Shown: piece after piece, positions 33,607-49,126 of the stretch
Layout of the letters: each line of letters opens with the position of its first letter
Position numbering within the stretch: position 1 is the first letter of the stretch
From: the human T2T-CHM13v2.0 reference genome, Homo sapiens
Direction: 5' to 3' (one strand)
Length of the DNA stretch: 64,000 nucleotides
Assembly (NCBI RefSeq): GCF_009914755.1
Contig: NC_060941.1
Notes under the pieces: generated by a model
What the model was told of the DNA's origin: nothing
The model's input: only the letters and a program-made list of their open reading frames with translations
The model's database searches: none
Position numbers and translations under genes: made by a program

Positions 33607-36600
33607 TTGTTGAATTTTGTTGAAGGCCTTTTCTGCATCTATTGAGATAATCATGTGGTTTTTGTCATTGGTTCTGTTTATGTGATGGATTACATTTATC
33701 GATTTGCATATGTTGAACCAGCCTTCCATCCCAGGGATGAGGCCAACTTGATCATGGTGGATAAGCTTTTTGATGTGCTGCTGGATTCAGTTTGCCAGTA
33801 TTTTATTGAGAATTTTCTCTTCGATGTTCATCGGGGATATTGGTCTAAAATTCTCTTTTTTTGTTGTGTCTGTGCCAGGCTTTGGTATCAGGATGATTCT
33901 GGCCTCATAAAATGAATTAGGGAGGATTCTCTGTTTTTCTATTGATTGGGATAATTTCAGAAGGAATGGTACCAGCTCCTCTTTGTACCTCTGGTAGAAT
34001 TCAGCTGTGAATCCACCTGGTCCTCGACATTATTTGTTGTAAGGCTATTAATTATTGCCTCAATTTCAGAGCCTGTTATTGGTCTATTCAGAGATTCAAC
34101 TTCTTCCTGGTTTAGTCTTGAGAAGGTGCATGTGTCCAGGAATTTATCCATTTCTTCTAGATTTTCTAGTTTATTTGCATAGAGGTGTTTATAGTATTCT
34201 CTGATCGTAGTTTGTATTTCTGTGGGATTGGTGGTGATATCCCCTTTATCATATTTTATTGCATCTATTTGATTCTTCTCTCCTTCTTTATTAGCCTTGC
34301 TAGCAGTCTATCAGTTTTGTTGATCTTTTCAAAAAAACAGCTTCTGGATTCATTGATTTTTTGAAGGGTTTTTTGTGTCTGTATCTCCTTCAGTTCTGCT
34401 CTGATCTTAGTTATTTCTTGCCTTCTGCAAGCTTTTGAATGTGTTTGCGCTTGCTTCTCTAGTTCTTTTAATTGTGATGTTAGGGTGTCAATTTTAGATC
34501 TTTCCTGTGTTCTCTTGTGGGCATTTAGTGCTATAAAATTTCCCTCTACACACTGCTTTTAATGTGTCCCAGAGATTCTGGTATGTTGTGTCTTTGTTTT
34601 CATTGGTTTCAAAGAATATCTTTATTTCTGCCTTCATTTCATTATTTACCTAGTAGTCATTCAGGAGCAGGTTGTTCAGTTTCCATGTAGTTGTGTGGTT
34701 TTGAGTGAGTTTCTTAATCCTGATTTCTAATTTGATTGCACTGTGGTCTGAGAGACAGTTTGTTGTGATTTCTGTTCTTTTACAGTTGCTGAGGAGTGCT
34801 TTACTTCATTTATGTAGTCAATTTTAGAGTAAGTGTGATGTGATGCTGAGAAGAATGTATATTCTGTTGATTTGGGATGGAGAGTTCTGTAGTTGTCTAT
34901 TAGGTCTCCTTGGTCCAGAGCTGAGTTCAAGTCCTGGATATCCTTGTTAACCTTCTGTCTTGCTGATCTGTCTAATATTGACAGTGGGGTGTTAAACTCT
35001 CCCATTATTATTGTGTGGGAGTCTACATCTCTTTGTAGGTCTTTCAGGACTTGCTTTATGAATCTGGGTGCTCCTGTATTGGGTGCATATATATTTAGCA
35101 TAGTTAGATCTTCTTATTGAATTGATCCCTTTACCCTTATGTAATGGCCTTCTTTGTCTCTTTTTATCTTTGTTAGTTTAAAATGTGTTTTATCCATGAC
35201 TATGATTTTAACCCCTCCTTTATTTGGTTTCTATTTGCTAGGTAAATATTCCTCCATCCCTTTATTTTGAGCCTATGTGTGTCTTTGCACATGAGATGGG
35301 TCTCCTGAATACAGCACACCAATGGGTCTTGACTCTTTATCCAATTTGCTAGTCTGTGACTTTTATTTGGGGCATTTGGCCCATTTACATTTAAGGTTAA
35401 TATTTTATGTGAGAATTTGATCCTATCATTATGATGTTAGCTGGTTATTTTTTTCTGTTAATTGATGCAGTTTCTTCATAGCATTGATGGTCTTTACAAT
35501 TTGGCATGTTTTTGCAGTGGCTGGTACCAGTTGTTCCTTTCCATGTTTAGTGCTTCCTTCAGGAGCTCTTGTAAGGCAGGCCTGGTGGTGACAAAATCTC
35601 TCAGCATTTGCTTATCTGTAAAGGATTTTATTTCTCCTTCAATTATGAAGCTTAGTTTGGCTCAATATGAAATTCTGGGTTAAAAATTCTGTTCTTAAGA
35701 ATGTTGAATATTGACCCCCACTCTCTTCTGGCTAGTAGGGATTCTGCTGAGGGATCTGCTATTAGTCTGATGGGCTTCCCTTTGCGGGTAACCCGACCTT
35801 TCTCTCTCGCTACCCTTAACGTTTTGTCCTTCATTTCAACCTTGGTCAATCTGATAGTTATGTGCCTTGGGGTTGCTCTTCTCAAGGAGTATCTTTGTGG
35901 TGTTCTCTGTATTTCTTCAACTTGAATGTTGGCCTGCCTTGCTAGGTTGGGGAAATTCTCCGGGATAATACCCTGAAAAGTGCTCTCCAACTTGATTCCA
36001 TTCTCCCCATCACTTTCAGTTACACCAATCAGATGTAGATTTGGTTTTTTCACATAATCCCGTATTTCTTGGAGGCTTTGTTCATTTCTTTTCACTCTTT
36101 TTTCTCTAATCTTGTCTTTTTGCTTTATTTCATTAATTTGATCTTCAATCACTGATATCCTTTCTTCCACTTGATTGAATTGGCTATTGAAGCTTGTGCA
36201 CGCATCACGAAGTTCTCGTGCCATGTTTTTCAGCTCCTTCAGGTCATTTAAGGTCTTCTCTACACTGGTTATTCTAGTTAGCCATTCTTCTAACCTTTTT
36301 TCAAGGTTTTTGCTTCCTTGCAATGGGTTAGAACATGCTCCTTTAGCTTGGAGAAGTTTGTTATTACCAATCTTCTGAAGCCTACTTCTGTCGACTTGTC
36401 AAAGTCTTTCTCCATCCAGTTTTGTTCCATTGCTGGCGAGGAGCTGCAATCCTTTGGAGGAGAAGAGGTGCCCCAGTTTTTAGAATTTTCAGTTTTTCTG
36501 CTCTGGTTTCTCCCCATCATTGTGGTTTTATCTACCTTTGGTCTTTGACATTGGTGACCTACAGATGGGGTTTTGGTGTGGATATCCTTTTTGTCAATGT

Positions 36601-37563
36601 TGATGCTATTCCTTTCTGTTTGTTAGTTTTTCTTCTAACAGTCAGGTCCCTCAGCTGCAGGACTGTTGGAGTTTGCTGGAGGTCCACTCCAGACCCTGTT
36701 TTCTTGGGTATCACCAGCGGAGGCTGCAGAACAGCAAATATTGCTGCCTGATCCTTCCTCTGGAAGCTTCATCCCAGAGGGGAACCTGCCCGTATGAGGT
36801 GTCTGTCAGCCCCTACTGGGAGGTGTCTCCCATTTAGGCTACAAGGGGGTCAGGGACCCAATTGCAGAGGCAGTCTGTCCATTCTCAGAGATCACACACC
36901 ATGCTAGGAGAACCACTGCTCTCTTCAGAGCTGTCAGACAGGGATGTTTAAGTCTGCAATAGTTTCTGCTGCCTTCTGTTAAGCTATGCCCTACCCACAG
37001 ATGTGGAGTCTACAGAGGCTGTAGGACTTGCTGAGCTGTGGTGGGCTCCGCCCAGTTTGAGCTTCCCAGCTCCTTTGTTTACCTACTCAAGCCTCAGCAA
37101 TGGCAGATGCCCCTCCCCCCACCAGGCTGCAGCCTCACAGGTCGATCTCAGACTGCAGTGCTAGCAGTGAGCAAGGCTCCATGGGTGTGGGACCCACCGA
37201 GCCAGGCACAGGAAAGAATCTCCTGGTCTGCCAGTTGCTAAGACCTTGAGAAAAATGCAGTATTTGGGCAGGAGTGTCCCATTTTCCAGGTACAGTGTGT
37301 CACAGCTTCCTTTGCCTAAGAAAGGGAAATCCCCTGACACTTGCCTAAGAAAGGGAAATCCCCCAACACCTTGCACTTCCAGGGTGAGGTGGCACCCCAC
37401 CCTGCTTTGGCTCACTCTCCTTGCACTGCACCCACTGTCCAACCAATCCCAATGAGATGAACCACGTACTTCAGTCAGAAATGCAGAAATCACCTGTCTT
37501 CCACCTTGATCACGCTAGGAGCTGCAGACTGGAGCTGTTCCTATTTGGCCATCTTGGAACAGA
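33607..37563 (-). mobile_element. L1PA6/7-type LINE-1, 3'-truncated: 5'UTR, disrupted ORF1 (~36517-35494), ORF2 from ~35429 to the start of RT
   Basis: 5' end gagctgttcctatttggccatcttgg; ORF 35652..36323 is ORF1p (KNLEKRLEEWLTRITSVEK...GKPIRLIAD); ORF 34727..35101 is the endonuclease; no 3'UTR or poly(A). Confidence 0.97.
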
Positions 37564-38924
37564 CCTCAAATGAGCAATTCTTAACGTAATCCGTAATCTT
37601 CAGCCCATCAGAAGTACATGGTTTTCTATTTATTTTTACTTTAGTTTTTTTTTTTCCTCTCATTATCTTTTAAATGTTCTTTGGACCCACAGACATCAGA
37701 ACCAATTGGACCATGGAAGATGTTTACAATGTAGATCCCTAAACTGGGAACAAGGCACTATCTAACAGAATCTTTGAGAGTGAAATTCAAAAATATCCAT
37801 TTAAACTAACTTGCCCATTTATGCTTAATAAAATGGACAAATTTTATTCAACTTCATTTTCTAGGAATTCATGATTTATGTTCTTAATCTCATATGTTTT
37901 ATTTTTTAATGTCTTCATGACAAAAAAGCATCACTTCCTTGAAAGGGTATGTTTAATTTATTATATTCTAGTACTTAAACAAAAAACACAATTTGAATTT
38001 ATGCAATTTTACAACTGAGCTTCCCTTTTTTTAAATTCCCAGGGCTATAACTGCTTCAAGCCATAATTTATCACAGTTGCAGAGGACATTAGGGATCAGT
38101 GAATTCAACCTCATTATTTTATGTGTAAATAACTGAAGTTCAGAGATGAGGACTTGCTATAGTCATACAAAGAGTTAGTGTCTGGACCCATATCAGAATT
38201 CTATTGTCTTGGCCCAAGGCCATTGATTTTCATTTTTTAACACTTAAATGTGTACAAAATCTTAAAAGTAATATACAACAGTGAAAGTAGAGCTTTTAAC
38301 GTGGACTTTGGTGGGAAGTCTATGATTTGATTTTAAAGGCATTTAAGTTTTATTCATTGATTCTTCTGCAATATCTTTTCAGCATAAATTTGTATAATCT
38401 TAGACATCATCAATGTATTATAATAAAATATATCTCACTATGTTTTATTTATATCTCAATTCATTTAAAAAAGATAATGTCAGTTTACAAAAAAATACAT
38501 ACATACAATAACAAGATTAAAAATAGATAAGACTATTTTGGCTGATTTTTATTTGCTGTGTCATCAGGAAAAGAGATTTGGAGACCAACTAAACAGTCTC
38601 CAGGCTTCCAACTTTAGTTAAGATATCCTAGAGATGGAAAGGAGAGAAGGGAATATGATTTGTTAAAATGTGGATTTAGTTTTCATTATTTCTCGAAGAT
38701 TGACATAAAAAGAAAAATGCCTATATATGTAATTTCTTCTCACAACATACTCTAATTGGGCTTCTGTTTCCAGCACTCAGATACTGCTCTTGTCAAGGAC
38801 AGTAATAACTTCCTAGATGGTGAAGGTAACAGATGATGTCTGATCCTCTTAGCAGTAGTCAATATAGCTGGCTACTCACTCCTTCTTGAAACTCCTTTTA
38901 CTCTGGGTTTCAATGGCACCATCT

Positions 38925-39170
38925 TGAGATGGTTAATTTTAGGTATTAATTTGACTAGGCCCTGGTAGCCTAATGTTTATTTGGTCAAACAAGTCTGGAT
39001 GGTGCTGTGAGGGTATTTTTTAGATGAGATTAACATTTAAATCAGTAGATTTTGAGTAAAGCAGATTACCATCTGTAATGAGAATGAGTTTCATCCAATC
39101 AGTTGAAGACAGAACTCCCCAAGAAACAGGGAATTCTTCCAGCAGACTTTCTTTAAACTGGAGCTGTAAT
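38925..39170 (+). mobile_element. MLT2 (ERVL) LTR fragment
   Basis: gatggttaattttagg...ttgactagg...gatgagattaacatttaaatcagtaga...gagtaaagcagatt. Confidence 0.75.
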
Positions 39171-39509
39171 GGATTGAGTGGGTGGATGATATTCTGCCAG
39201 GTGAAGCAGCCTACCCCAGCCTAGAAATGTCCTCAGGCCAGGAGATCTGGCCTCTTTTACCAACTTGTTGGCTGGCCATTCAGAACGGTACTTTACCTTT
39301 GTGTGTGTGTGTGTGCACGCGCACGTGTATGTAGTCTCCTCTTACACAAAAATAAGGAAGTTAAATAAAATGATCCTTTCCTTAAATAATTCCAGTTTGT
39401 TTCTATTACTCCAACATTTCCAGCATTTCATTTAAGAGTATCTTGTATTTCAGCCAAAATCTTCAAACTACGTAAGTTTTATTAACACTAGAATTTTTTG
39501 TAATCCAGA

Positions 39510-39680
39510 CCCTTGCTATTCAAAATGTGGTCAGTGGATTCCCAGTATTTATACTTCTGGGGAACTTTTTGGATATGAAACCTTTCAAGCCCTACCCTAG
39601 ACCTACTGAACTGGGAGGAATCTGCATTTTAATAAGATTCACAGGTAATTCTTATGCCTATTAAGAGGAGAAAACTGTTA
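39510..39680. mobile_element. MER5-type hAT MITE
   Basis: caaaatgtggtc...ccctaccctagacctactgaa...aatctgcattttaataagat. Confidence 0.65.
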
Positions 39681-41628
39681 TACAATGGCCCCTACTACAG
39701 GTTTCTGCATGAGCTGATTTCACTAGTCACACTTTGCAAATGCCTAGTGACTTCTAGGGAAATAATATTTAAATATGTACTGCCTTTAAAAATATTATAT
39801 ATATTTTGCTAAATCTTCATAGCAATAGTACTAAGTTATTAAGCAGTTCTTATTGTCACCAATTTACAGATGAGAAAATGGATAAATTGAAATGATATGC
39901 CCAAATTATACAGCTAATAGTGACAGAGCCTATGCATCTAGGGAGCAAATGTTGTCTCCAATACCCATGCAAATATGGAAGATGGCTGGCAATGGTCCCT
40001 CCCTTTTTCAACCAGCACAGTTTATACCATGAGACCTGCTGGGGCCTCAGCTCTATATCAAATTTTAAAATCCCCGTATGTACTGAAAAATAAATCACAC
40101 TCTCTAAGTCATTCTGAGTTGAGCTGAAAATCCAATTATCACCTCACTAGCTGACATTGTAAATCTCTCCCAATTCTCAGCAACAAAGACATAACCTTAA
40201 AAGCGCTAACTCCACTGACTGAGCTTTATGACCTTCTCTCCTTCTTTAGCTTCTCAGCACATCCTCTCAGAGCTCTGATATGGGTTAGAATGTCAAGCAG
40301 ACAGGCCTGGATTCAAATTCTGGCCCTGAGTCTTTCTTTCTAGATATGACACAGGGGCAAATTATTTAGCTTCTTTGAACCTTAGATTCCACTTCTATAC
40401 CACAGAGATTGTTTACCTATTGATAAAGGCTGTTGTTAGAATTAATGGAATAATAAATGCACAGTGCTTAACGAAATCTTTAGTTCCCAAAAAATAGTCC
40501 ATAATGGTAGTTGTTATCATTCACCTCTCTAAGAAAGTTTTCTCATCTGCCAAATTGACAAAATTGAACTGAACAATGTCTAAAGTCCTTTCATTTCTGA
40601 CATTTGAAAAGTTTAACTCGTTTACATTTCATGTTCTACTTTCTTATTCAGAATTCAGAGCTCACCTTCATTTTTTTTAAAGAAAAAGGTAGATTTGTAT
40701 GATTGAAATATGAGACTGTTTTCTGACTGAATGAGATTTCCAAGAACACTTAGGGGATACAGGCTAGAGAAGTTATTATATTTTGATTTGAATACTATAA
40801 AGTCAATGAGATAGGCCATGCCAAAAAACTGAAATATGTTCTTTAAGTTGCCAGAGTTTTAAAACTGCTTTCTCTAAATTGGAAGAATGAATATCAATTG
40901 GTATTGGCCTTACACTGAAATATCACAAAAAACAAAAGAGCTAGAGTAGTGATTGTATGTATTGTATTCTGTAGCATGAGGCCTCTCAGAGAACAGGGCA
41001 ATCAATTGAAAGAAAATATTCCCCAGCTGGACTGATCATGTGTGAATTCTACAAGAGAAAGGTGGTTAGTTACTTGCCTTCTTAGTTACTTAGACATATG
41101 CCCATCTTTGAAAATATATAAAAGTCTTATTCTTAAAGTAAAAGAATAGAAAGAGAAAAAATAATTTAAAAATCTACAGCATGCATAATTAGCTACCATA
41201 TGCTCCTTTACTGCAATAGCAAAGAGAAGGTACCTTTTCATCTTCACATCCACTGAGCATAACTTTCTATAAAACACTTCCATAAGAGCACTTAAAAATC
41301 TAAATTTTCTTTTTGGATAACTGTTTTGTTATGATTGTGACCCAAATGACACTAAAGGATGAAATGAAATAGCACATCGAACGTTTCTTATTCTTTCAAC
41401 CTTAAAATAGAATTTCAGATTCTTCCCTTTAAATGTCTGATGTGTTGTTTAAAAAAAATAAACAAGACTTGTTTACTCTTTTGAAAAATAAGAACCAGAA
41501 GAAGTTATTTCCTTTCCTCACTGGATATTTGACTCTCTCTCTCTGGAAAAGTGCTGTGTACTCTATCTTCTGTTGTCTACTTAAATTTTGGCAAAAGTTC
41601 AAAAATGTGATTAAAAATATAAGAACTC

Positions 41629-41951
<323 letters not shown>

Positions 41952-42409
41952 TAAACTCAAAAAATAGTATTATTTTAGATACTTAGGTGTATATTAATGG
42001 TGTTCTGCATACAGGAGAACAGATATTGTTGTGATTATATGACAACACTAAAGTTTGTCTTTAAGAAACAAGGATATCTGCCTAATCTTCTTCCTGACCT
42101 AATTTTAACTACAATGTATGTAAAATGAATCAGAAAGGGATTTCAAGGCCCTTTTGGTCTATGATTGACTATGCAGCTGTAAGATCATTTTGTCCCCATC
42201 TATTCATTAATGCAGTCAGATCAATGACAATGTACTGGGCCCCTGCTTATATGCTTCAAAGGTGTCAGATTTATTGTATCTCATAGAGTGGGAGTGGCAA
42301 TAAAGTATTCATATGTTCAAAATAAGTAGTCAAGTCAGAATTTGGTTCCAAACATGTCTCACTTTGAGATCCCCAAATTCTAATCACTATGTTGTACATT
42401 GCCTCTAGT

Positions 42410-43324
42410 AAGCACTGGATGATCTATGATTATTCAGGCCTGGGATATTTGGTAGATATTTTCTCAAAAATAAATGAAGTGAGACTGTCACATCAAGAAG
42501 ACAGTTGCCATGATTTGTTGTCAATGATATAATTTTATCTTTCATACGAAAAGAAAAATTTTAGAAAACTTGTATCTGCCACTATAAGTTTGAGAGCTTC
42601 CCAATAGCTGAATCTTTTCTGATGACTGACACACCTGGTTATCTTAACTATAATTTTTGACATTGTCTACTACATTGACATCTTTAAGATTTACATACCT
42701 CAGGAAATAAATATTTTCCAAATGACCAACGCATGATGCTACAAAACTATGTTTGCATCTAAGATCCATTCTCAGCGAAACATAGACCAATGGATTTTAA
42801 ATACAAGAAACTTATTGATATGGCTCCATATTCTACATTACAAATGACCATTGAGATACTATTGTTCATCACAGTTGGGTATAAGATGAAAGAAAATCAA
42901 CAATTATTTGAAAAGGCTATTAAAATATTCTATCCTTTTTCAACTACATATCATTATGAGGTAAAATTTTCTTTATATAGTTCAAGCAAAACAATATATT
43001 GCAACTGATTTAATGTAAATACATATGTTAAAATACAAGTCTTCCCTATTAAGCCAAATATTAAAAGGATTTGAAAAAATTTAAAACAATAAAACATGTT
43101 AAAATTTTTGTAAAATAATTTTTTCAAAAAATATGTTAAATCATAATACATTTATTATTGTTATATATATATATATATAATCAAATTTTTTAAATGTCTC
43201 CAGTATAATTCTAATATTGGAAATGTTGATAAATTTGTCTCTCATAAACAAGATCTCTTTGGACTCCTCAATAACTTTTAAGAGTACAAGGGGCTCCTGA
43301 GGCGAAAAAGTTGAAAAACTGCTG
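42410..43324 (+). mobile_element. Charlie1-type hAT DNA transposon 3' fragment
   Basis: caggcctgggatatttggtagatattttctcaaaa...tttccaaatgaccaacgcatgatgctacaaa...aaaagttgaaaaactgctg terminal repeat. Confidence 0.75.
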
Positions 43325-43486
43325 CCCTATCACATATAAAACTATGCTATAACACTAGATTCATTACAACAATGTGTTATTGGTGCAAGAACATTTAAGC
43401 ACACCAGTGAAGAGAGCTCAGAAATAGACTCATATATATGATAATTCAATACTATAATACAGTTTGCATTTTAAATTAGAAATTAT

Positions 43487-43950
43487 ATCAGAAGGGTCTT
43501 GACAGGAAACAGATGGCACTGCCAAATGAGGTAATTAAAGAAATTTTAATGAAGGGACTATATTCAAGGGTATGAAGAGGTTTAAAATAAATTAGTAGGA
43601 ACAGAGCACACCAATTTGCCAGAAACAGTGGGACCCTTTACCTTCCTAGGTCTGAAGGGTCAAAGGGAAGGGCATATGGAAACTGGGAATAGAACCATTC
43701 CCATACTAGCTGTAGGAGAGGGCTTCCAGGCAGGAAGTGTGATCTCCCAAAGAGGATGGCCATTGCCAATCAGCAGACCGGCAGAAAGGGAGCCAGGGAA
43801 CAACCAAACTTCAATCAACTCCCATCCTTTGATCTCTTGCTGGTGTCTCCTGTTGGCCAAACCAAAGTAAAAGATCATTCCAGGGCATGCATAAAAGAAG
43901 TTGATAATGGTGGAAAGGGGATCTGGAGGGGCAGGAAGAGAATACTCAAA
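43487..43950 (-). mobile_element. Old MaLR (MLT1-like) LTR
   Basis: caggaaacagatggcact...tttaatgaagggacta...ctcctgttggccaaacc motifs. Confidence 0.5.
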
Positions 43951-44174
43951 GATTAAGAGAATCCTCTCTTATTCTTTGCCTATACCTGTTCAGTCCTATA
44001 TACCTTTGCCATTTTGTAAGGAAACGCAGCTGTGCATTTCTAATTTTATGATCCAGTGGACGAGATAATACTCAAGTGCACTATGGGCAGTTTGGACGGC
44101 AATGTCTCTTAGTGCTCCAGAGCTCCCCTTCTGGAGAAGGCATTGATGGAGAATTGCAGTATATACCTGTAATT

Positions 44175-44510
44175 TATGGTTTAATGGGACTGCATGTTTG
44201 TATCCTCTTCAAAATTTATATGTTAAAACCCTAACCCCAAGTGGGATAGTACTGGGAGGTGGAGACTTCAAAATGTAATTAGTTCATAAGGGTGGAGCCC
44301 CCAGAATGGAATTAGTGTCCTTATAAGAGAAAAAGACTAGAGCTACCACTCTCCCTACATGCACTCACCAAGGAAGGACATGTTGAAGACATAATCAAAA
44401 ACCTGACCATGCTGGCACCCTGATCTTAGACTTTCAGCCTCCAGAATTGTGAGAGATAAATGCTTTTTGTCTGAACCACCCATTCTATAGCAGACCAAAC
44501 TGGCTGAGAC
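44175..44510 (+). mobile_element. MST/MLT1A-type MaLR LTR
   Basis: tatgttaaaaccctaacccc...gggtggagccc...ccttataagag...cagcctccagaattgtgagagataaat...gagaca. Confidence 0.8.
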
Positions 44511-45389
44511 ATGGTTAAAAAAAAAAAAAAAAAAGAACAAGCATGTCATTGAAACAGAGTCCCTCATTTGACAAGGAGACCAGTATCTTTGAGAAAGAGA
44601 CCTTCAATGTAGGTAAGAGTCCATTAATTTCCCCTGCAGTGACTTAAGCCAGGTTTCTGCTTACTTGAGCTAAAATTATTCTGCTTAAATTGCCAAATAG
44701 CCCTTTGATAGGCCCATCTATTTAGTTTCTAGGGACTCTGTGATCAATTAGCCATTGCTAAGACCTCTGCAGGTTGAAACACTCTGATTATAGTAACCAA
44801 TTCAGAGGAAATTTAGATATTGGTGGTATCAGACACAGACTTTACTAACTAGGATTCATATGGGCAATAAATTAATGAAAAATATATAATTTCAGCAGAT
44901 AACATAAATCTATAATAATAATCAAACATAGATTCTAGAAGTGGAAAATAAAATGAAACCCTGAACTCCCAGGTTTTACTGAAGTAAATGATGTCCCCAC
45001 TGTGTCTCTGACGGTTACACACCACCAGTGTAACAATTGATGGTTACCCACCACTATTCTTGATTATTATTCAAGAATCCTATTATTTCCCATTGAAATG
45101 AGAAAGCCTAATTCTGCATTTCCTATTGTTATCTGTTAACTACAGAAGACAGTTACATTGAAACTTTCATCATGTGGGATGTCTACTATCTTATTCCCTA
45201 TTCTGGACAAGTTAATTTCTAGGTCAGGGGGGTGTAGCTAATACACTGAGATTCTTTCAGTAAAAACCTTGGAGTACCCTTTATCAATCTGCCTGGTTAG
45301 ATCACATGTATCTTGAATTCCAGGTCTATTTCTTGGTTTACTTCATCTGTTTCATTTTCTGAAAGGTAATCTTTTTTACTCTGGCTATT

Positions 45390-45685
45390 TCTTTCTTTTT
45401 GAGACAGAGGCTTATTGTGTCACCCAGGCTAGAGTGCAGTGGAGTGATCACATCTCACTGCAGCCTCAACTTCCTGGACTCAAGTGATCCTCCCACCTCA
45501 GTCACCTGAGTAGCTGAGACCACAGGCATGCACCACCACTCTCAGCTATTTATTTTTATTTTTTTGGTAGATACAGGATCGCCCTATGTTGCCCAGGCTG
45601 GTCTTGAACTCTTGCGCTCAAGCGATCCTCCTGCCTCGGCCTCCCAAAGTGCTGAGATTACAGGCATGAGCCACTGTGCCTGGCC
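45390..45685 (-). mobile_element. AluJ
   Basis: cactgcagcctcaacttcctggactcaagtgatcctcccacctcag; ctatgttgcccaggctggtcttgaactc (AluJ diagnostics). Confidence 0.92.
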
Positions 45686-45699
45686 TACTCTATTTTTTA

Positions 45700-48370
45700 A
45701 ATTATCTTTTTATTTTAGATTTTCAGAAGTTTTCTAAGATGTACCTGTATTTGGGTTTTTTTGCTTTTGTTTTTTGGTGGGTTTTCTTTTTTTGTATTTA
45801 TCTTGCTTGAAGTTTATATAGCTTTGTGAATGTTAGGCACAATTTTTTCTATCCATTTTGGGAAACTGTAGAGCATTACCTCTTCAATTACTACAGAATA
45901 CTAGGTCTGTCTCATTCTGTTTTTTCCCTCCTCCTGTAACTCCAATTACATATACGTTAGATCATTTCACTCTGTGCTGTGTATCTCTTATATTCTTGTT
46001 TCATTTTCTATCCTTTAGTTGTTTCCTTTCCTCATTCTAGAGATACTTTTCTATGCCCCCATTCTAAATCGTTAATCCTTTCTTAAACTGTGTCTTTTGT
46101 ATACTTGATTGTATTTATTTTCTACTTCTAGAATTCATATTTTAGTTTCACATTCTCTACTAAAATTATAAATTTTTCATTAATTTCTTGCCCATATTAA
46201 TTCTAGTTTTAAAGTCTGTGTCTGATACCACCAATATCTGACTTTCCTGTGGATTGGTTACCATTTTCTGATTTTTCTCTAAATTTTTTCAGTCAATTCT
46301 TATCTTTTACCTGCCTGCTATTTTATTTTTAAATAGAGCCCTAGAGGGTCTGCATAAAAAAGTAAGAGACAATTGGAAGTTCTGAATGATGACACTTCTT
46401 GCAGACAGCATTTACTTTTACCACTAACAGGTAATTAGGGTAGAAACTGATCATCTTAATACAGTGAGATTGAATTAATTGAGAGGCATGTTTCACTTAT
46501 TGCCATGTCTGGTCTATTTCTTATTTATTTCACTTTAAGCAATTGTCTCTTAGGTGTCTCAACTGAAAACTTTGTGTTTTTACCTTAACTCCCTTTGGTG
46601 GGTCCTAGAATCCATTTTTTTTTCCTCCCAGCCCCATGAGGTTGCTTAACACTTGCTCAGCTTTTCATTCTCTTAGTTGCAGCTCATTCTTTCAGGGCGC
46701 TTCTTTAGTATTTGCAAGTGTGTCAAGGAGAAAGCAGGGCTAAATGTTAGGCACAAGTCTTTGGGTTTCCCTTTCCTCCAGGATTTTGGTCCTTCAAGTA
46801 CTCACTGCCCTAGTAGCTTTCCAGTGCCTTCACACAGGTTTTTAAAAAATACCTTATCCAGTTTTCCTGCTTGTCCTTAGCAGGAAGACCGTTCAAATGT
46901 AACTACTAGCTGGAAGTAGAAATGGTACCCTCATATTTGGATTGATGGTTTGGTTATATATTGCTTTCTAGCTTGGAAATAATTTGCTAACAGAATATTG
47001 AAGATTTTGCTGTTGAGAATTTAAATTCAATTCTCATTTTTCTTTTTTCAATTCTTGCTCTTGGTTTTACTGTGTTTTGTTTTTTTATTTCCGGGAGCAT
47101 GCTTCCTTTTTTTTTTTGGTTGCCAGTTTTTGAAATTTCAAGATGTGATTTTTTTTAATCCTTTGTTCTGGTCATTCAAAAGATCCTTAAATCAAGAGAC
47201 ATATTCTTCAACTTTGTGAATTTATTTTTAATTACTTCTTTATAATTTCTTTCATTCCATTTTTACTCTTTTCTCTTTTTGAAACTCATTTACCTGGATG
47301 TGTTTCACTCAGGCTGATATTTTGTTTTATATTTCCTTTCCTGTTTTAGATTCCTTTTTTAAAATCCTATTTTCTGGAAAATTTCCTTAACTTTATCATT
47401 TAAATTTTCTACTGAATTTCAGTTTTTCCTATCATATTTTAAATTTACACGCCATCTTTCTTGTTCTTTCAAAGACAATTTTTGCAACACACTTTTCTTG
47501 CTTCATAGAAAGAAACTTTCTTTTATATTCCTTGAGATGTTAATGAGTTTTTAAATTCTAGTTTTTATATCCCTGCATAATCTCTGATTTCCCCCAAATT
47601 TTGTTGTTGCTGTTTTTGTACATGTTGCTTTCTGTCTTTCATGATAAAAACTTTCTCCAGATGTCTAATGGCATGATCTTTGGCTACCCAATCACATCAT
47701 ATCAACCTGACAACAAAAAGATTTTTGCAATCTGTGACTATGACAGAAACTTGTTGAGTGTGGGTTTCACGTGAGGTGACTGTTAGGTAATTTTCTCTCA
47801 AGATGGTGAGAAACCTCAAGGAAGACTTTTCCATTTCCCTTCCTGCAGAAGTAATTTTTGCTACTAGTGTCCTGAGAGTCGGTGTATTTACTACACTTTT
47901 CTCACCCTCAATGCACTTACATTTCCATGGCAAAGAGAAACTCAGAAATTCTCTGGAGAGTAAACGTCAGTCTTCTACTAACACTGGTGAGGGCTAAAAA
48001 TGAGGAGGGAATCTGGGAGCTACCTACTTAGAAAATCTTTCAGTCGAAACTGCTTTTTATCTCCTCATCTTCACCATCTCTTTCAGAAGTATCCAATGCC
48101 TTTGATTTCTGTTATGAGGTATAACAAAGCAGATTAACTTGATAGTCAGCTTCTAGCAATGCCAGTTTAGATTTATGTTTTCTCAAGTTGGCTAATTCAG
48201 TTACCACTTGTCCATGGATTCTCCAGCTTCCAACAGTTTGTAACTATTATTTCCTGTGTTATTCTTTGAGCTTGGGCATTGGTGTATTTTTTTATAAGCT
48301 GTCATCTTGGTGGAATTTCAGAAGGTGTCAAATAAAGACATGAATTCAAATCACCATCCTTAGCTAGAAG
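45700..48370 (-). mobile_element. Old L1M/HAL1-like fragments
   Basis: Long T-rich degenerate tracts resembling minus-strand L1M 5'/ORF1 regions. Confidence 0.5.
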
Positions 48371-48748
48371 CCATTGTTTGCTTTGAATAGAATACCAGTT
48401 TGTACTGTTTTACAAGTGCATGTATTATATTGAATAGAAGGCATATTAGGAAGTAAATATTTTAAAATTAAAGGTTAAAACATAAATATGTAAATTTTTT
48501 GGCCCAGCAAATTTGGGTGTGAGAGTCAGAACTTACCTTTGAGAACCAGGTACATGGCTGGAGGTGAAGAGGGACTCTCAGGTATGGAACCTAAAACATT
48601 TGTGTGGTTTTATCTTTTAAATTAATAAGTATGCACTCAGGATGTAATTAAATAAAAATAATAGCAAAAGAAAAATATACACAAAATATACAGTACATTT
48701 TGGCATAAAACTAGATTATTTGTGGAAGTGAATAAATATTACTGATAG

Positions 48749-49126
<378 letters not shown>

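Noticed and set aside
35652-36323. 223-aa ORF, the longest in the window
   Set aside because: Fragment of L1 ORF1p in a frameshifted, 3'-truncated element; not a host gene.
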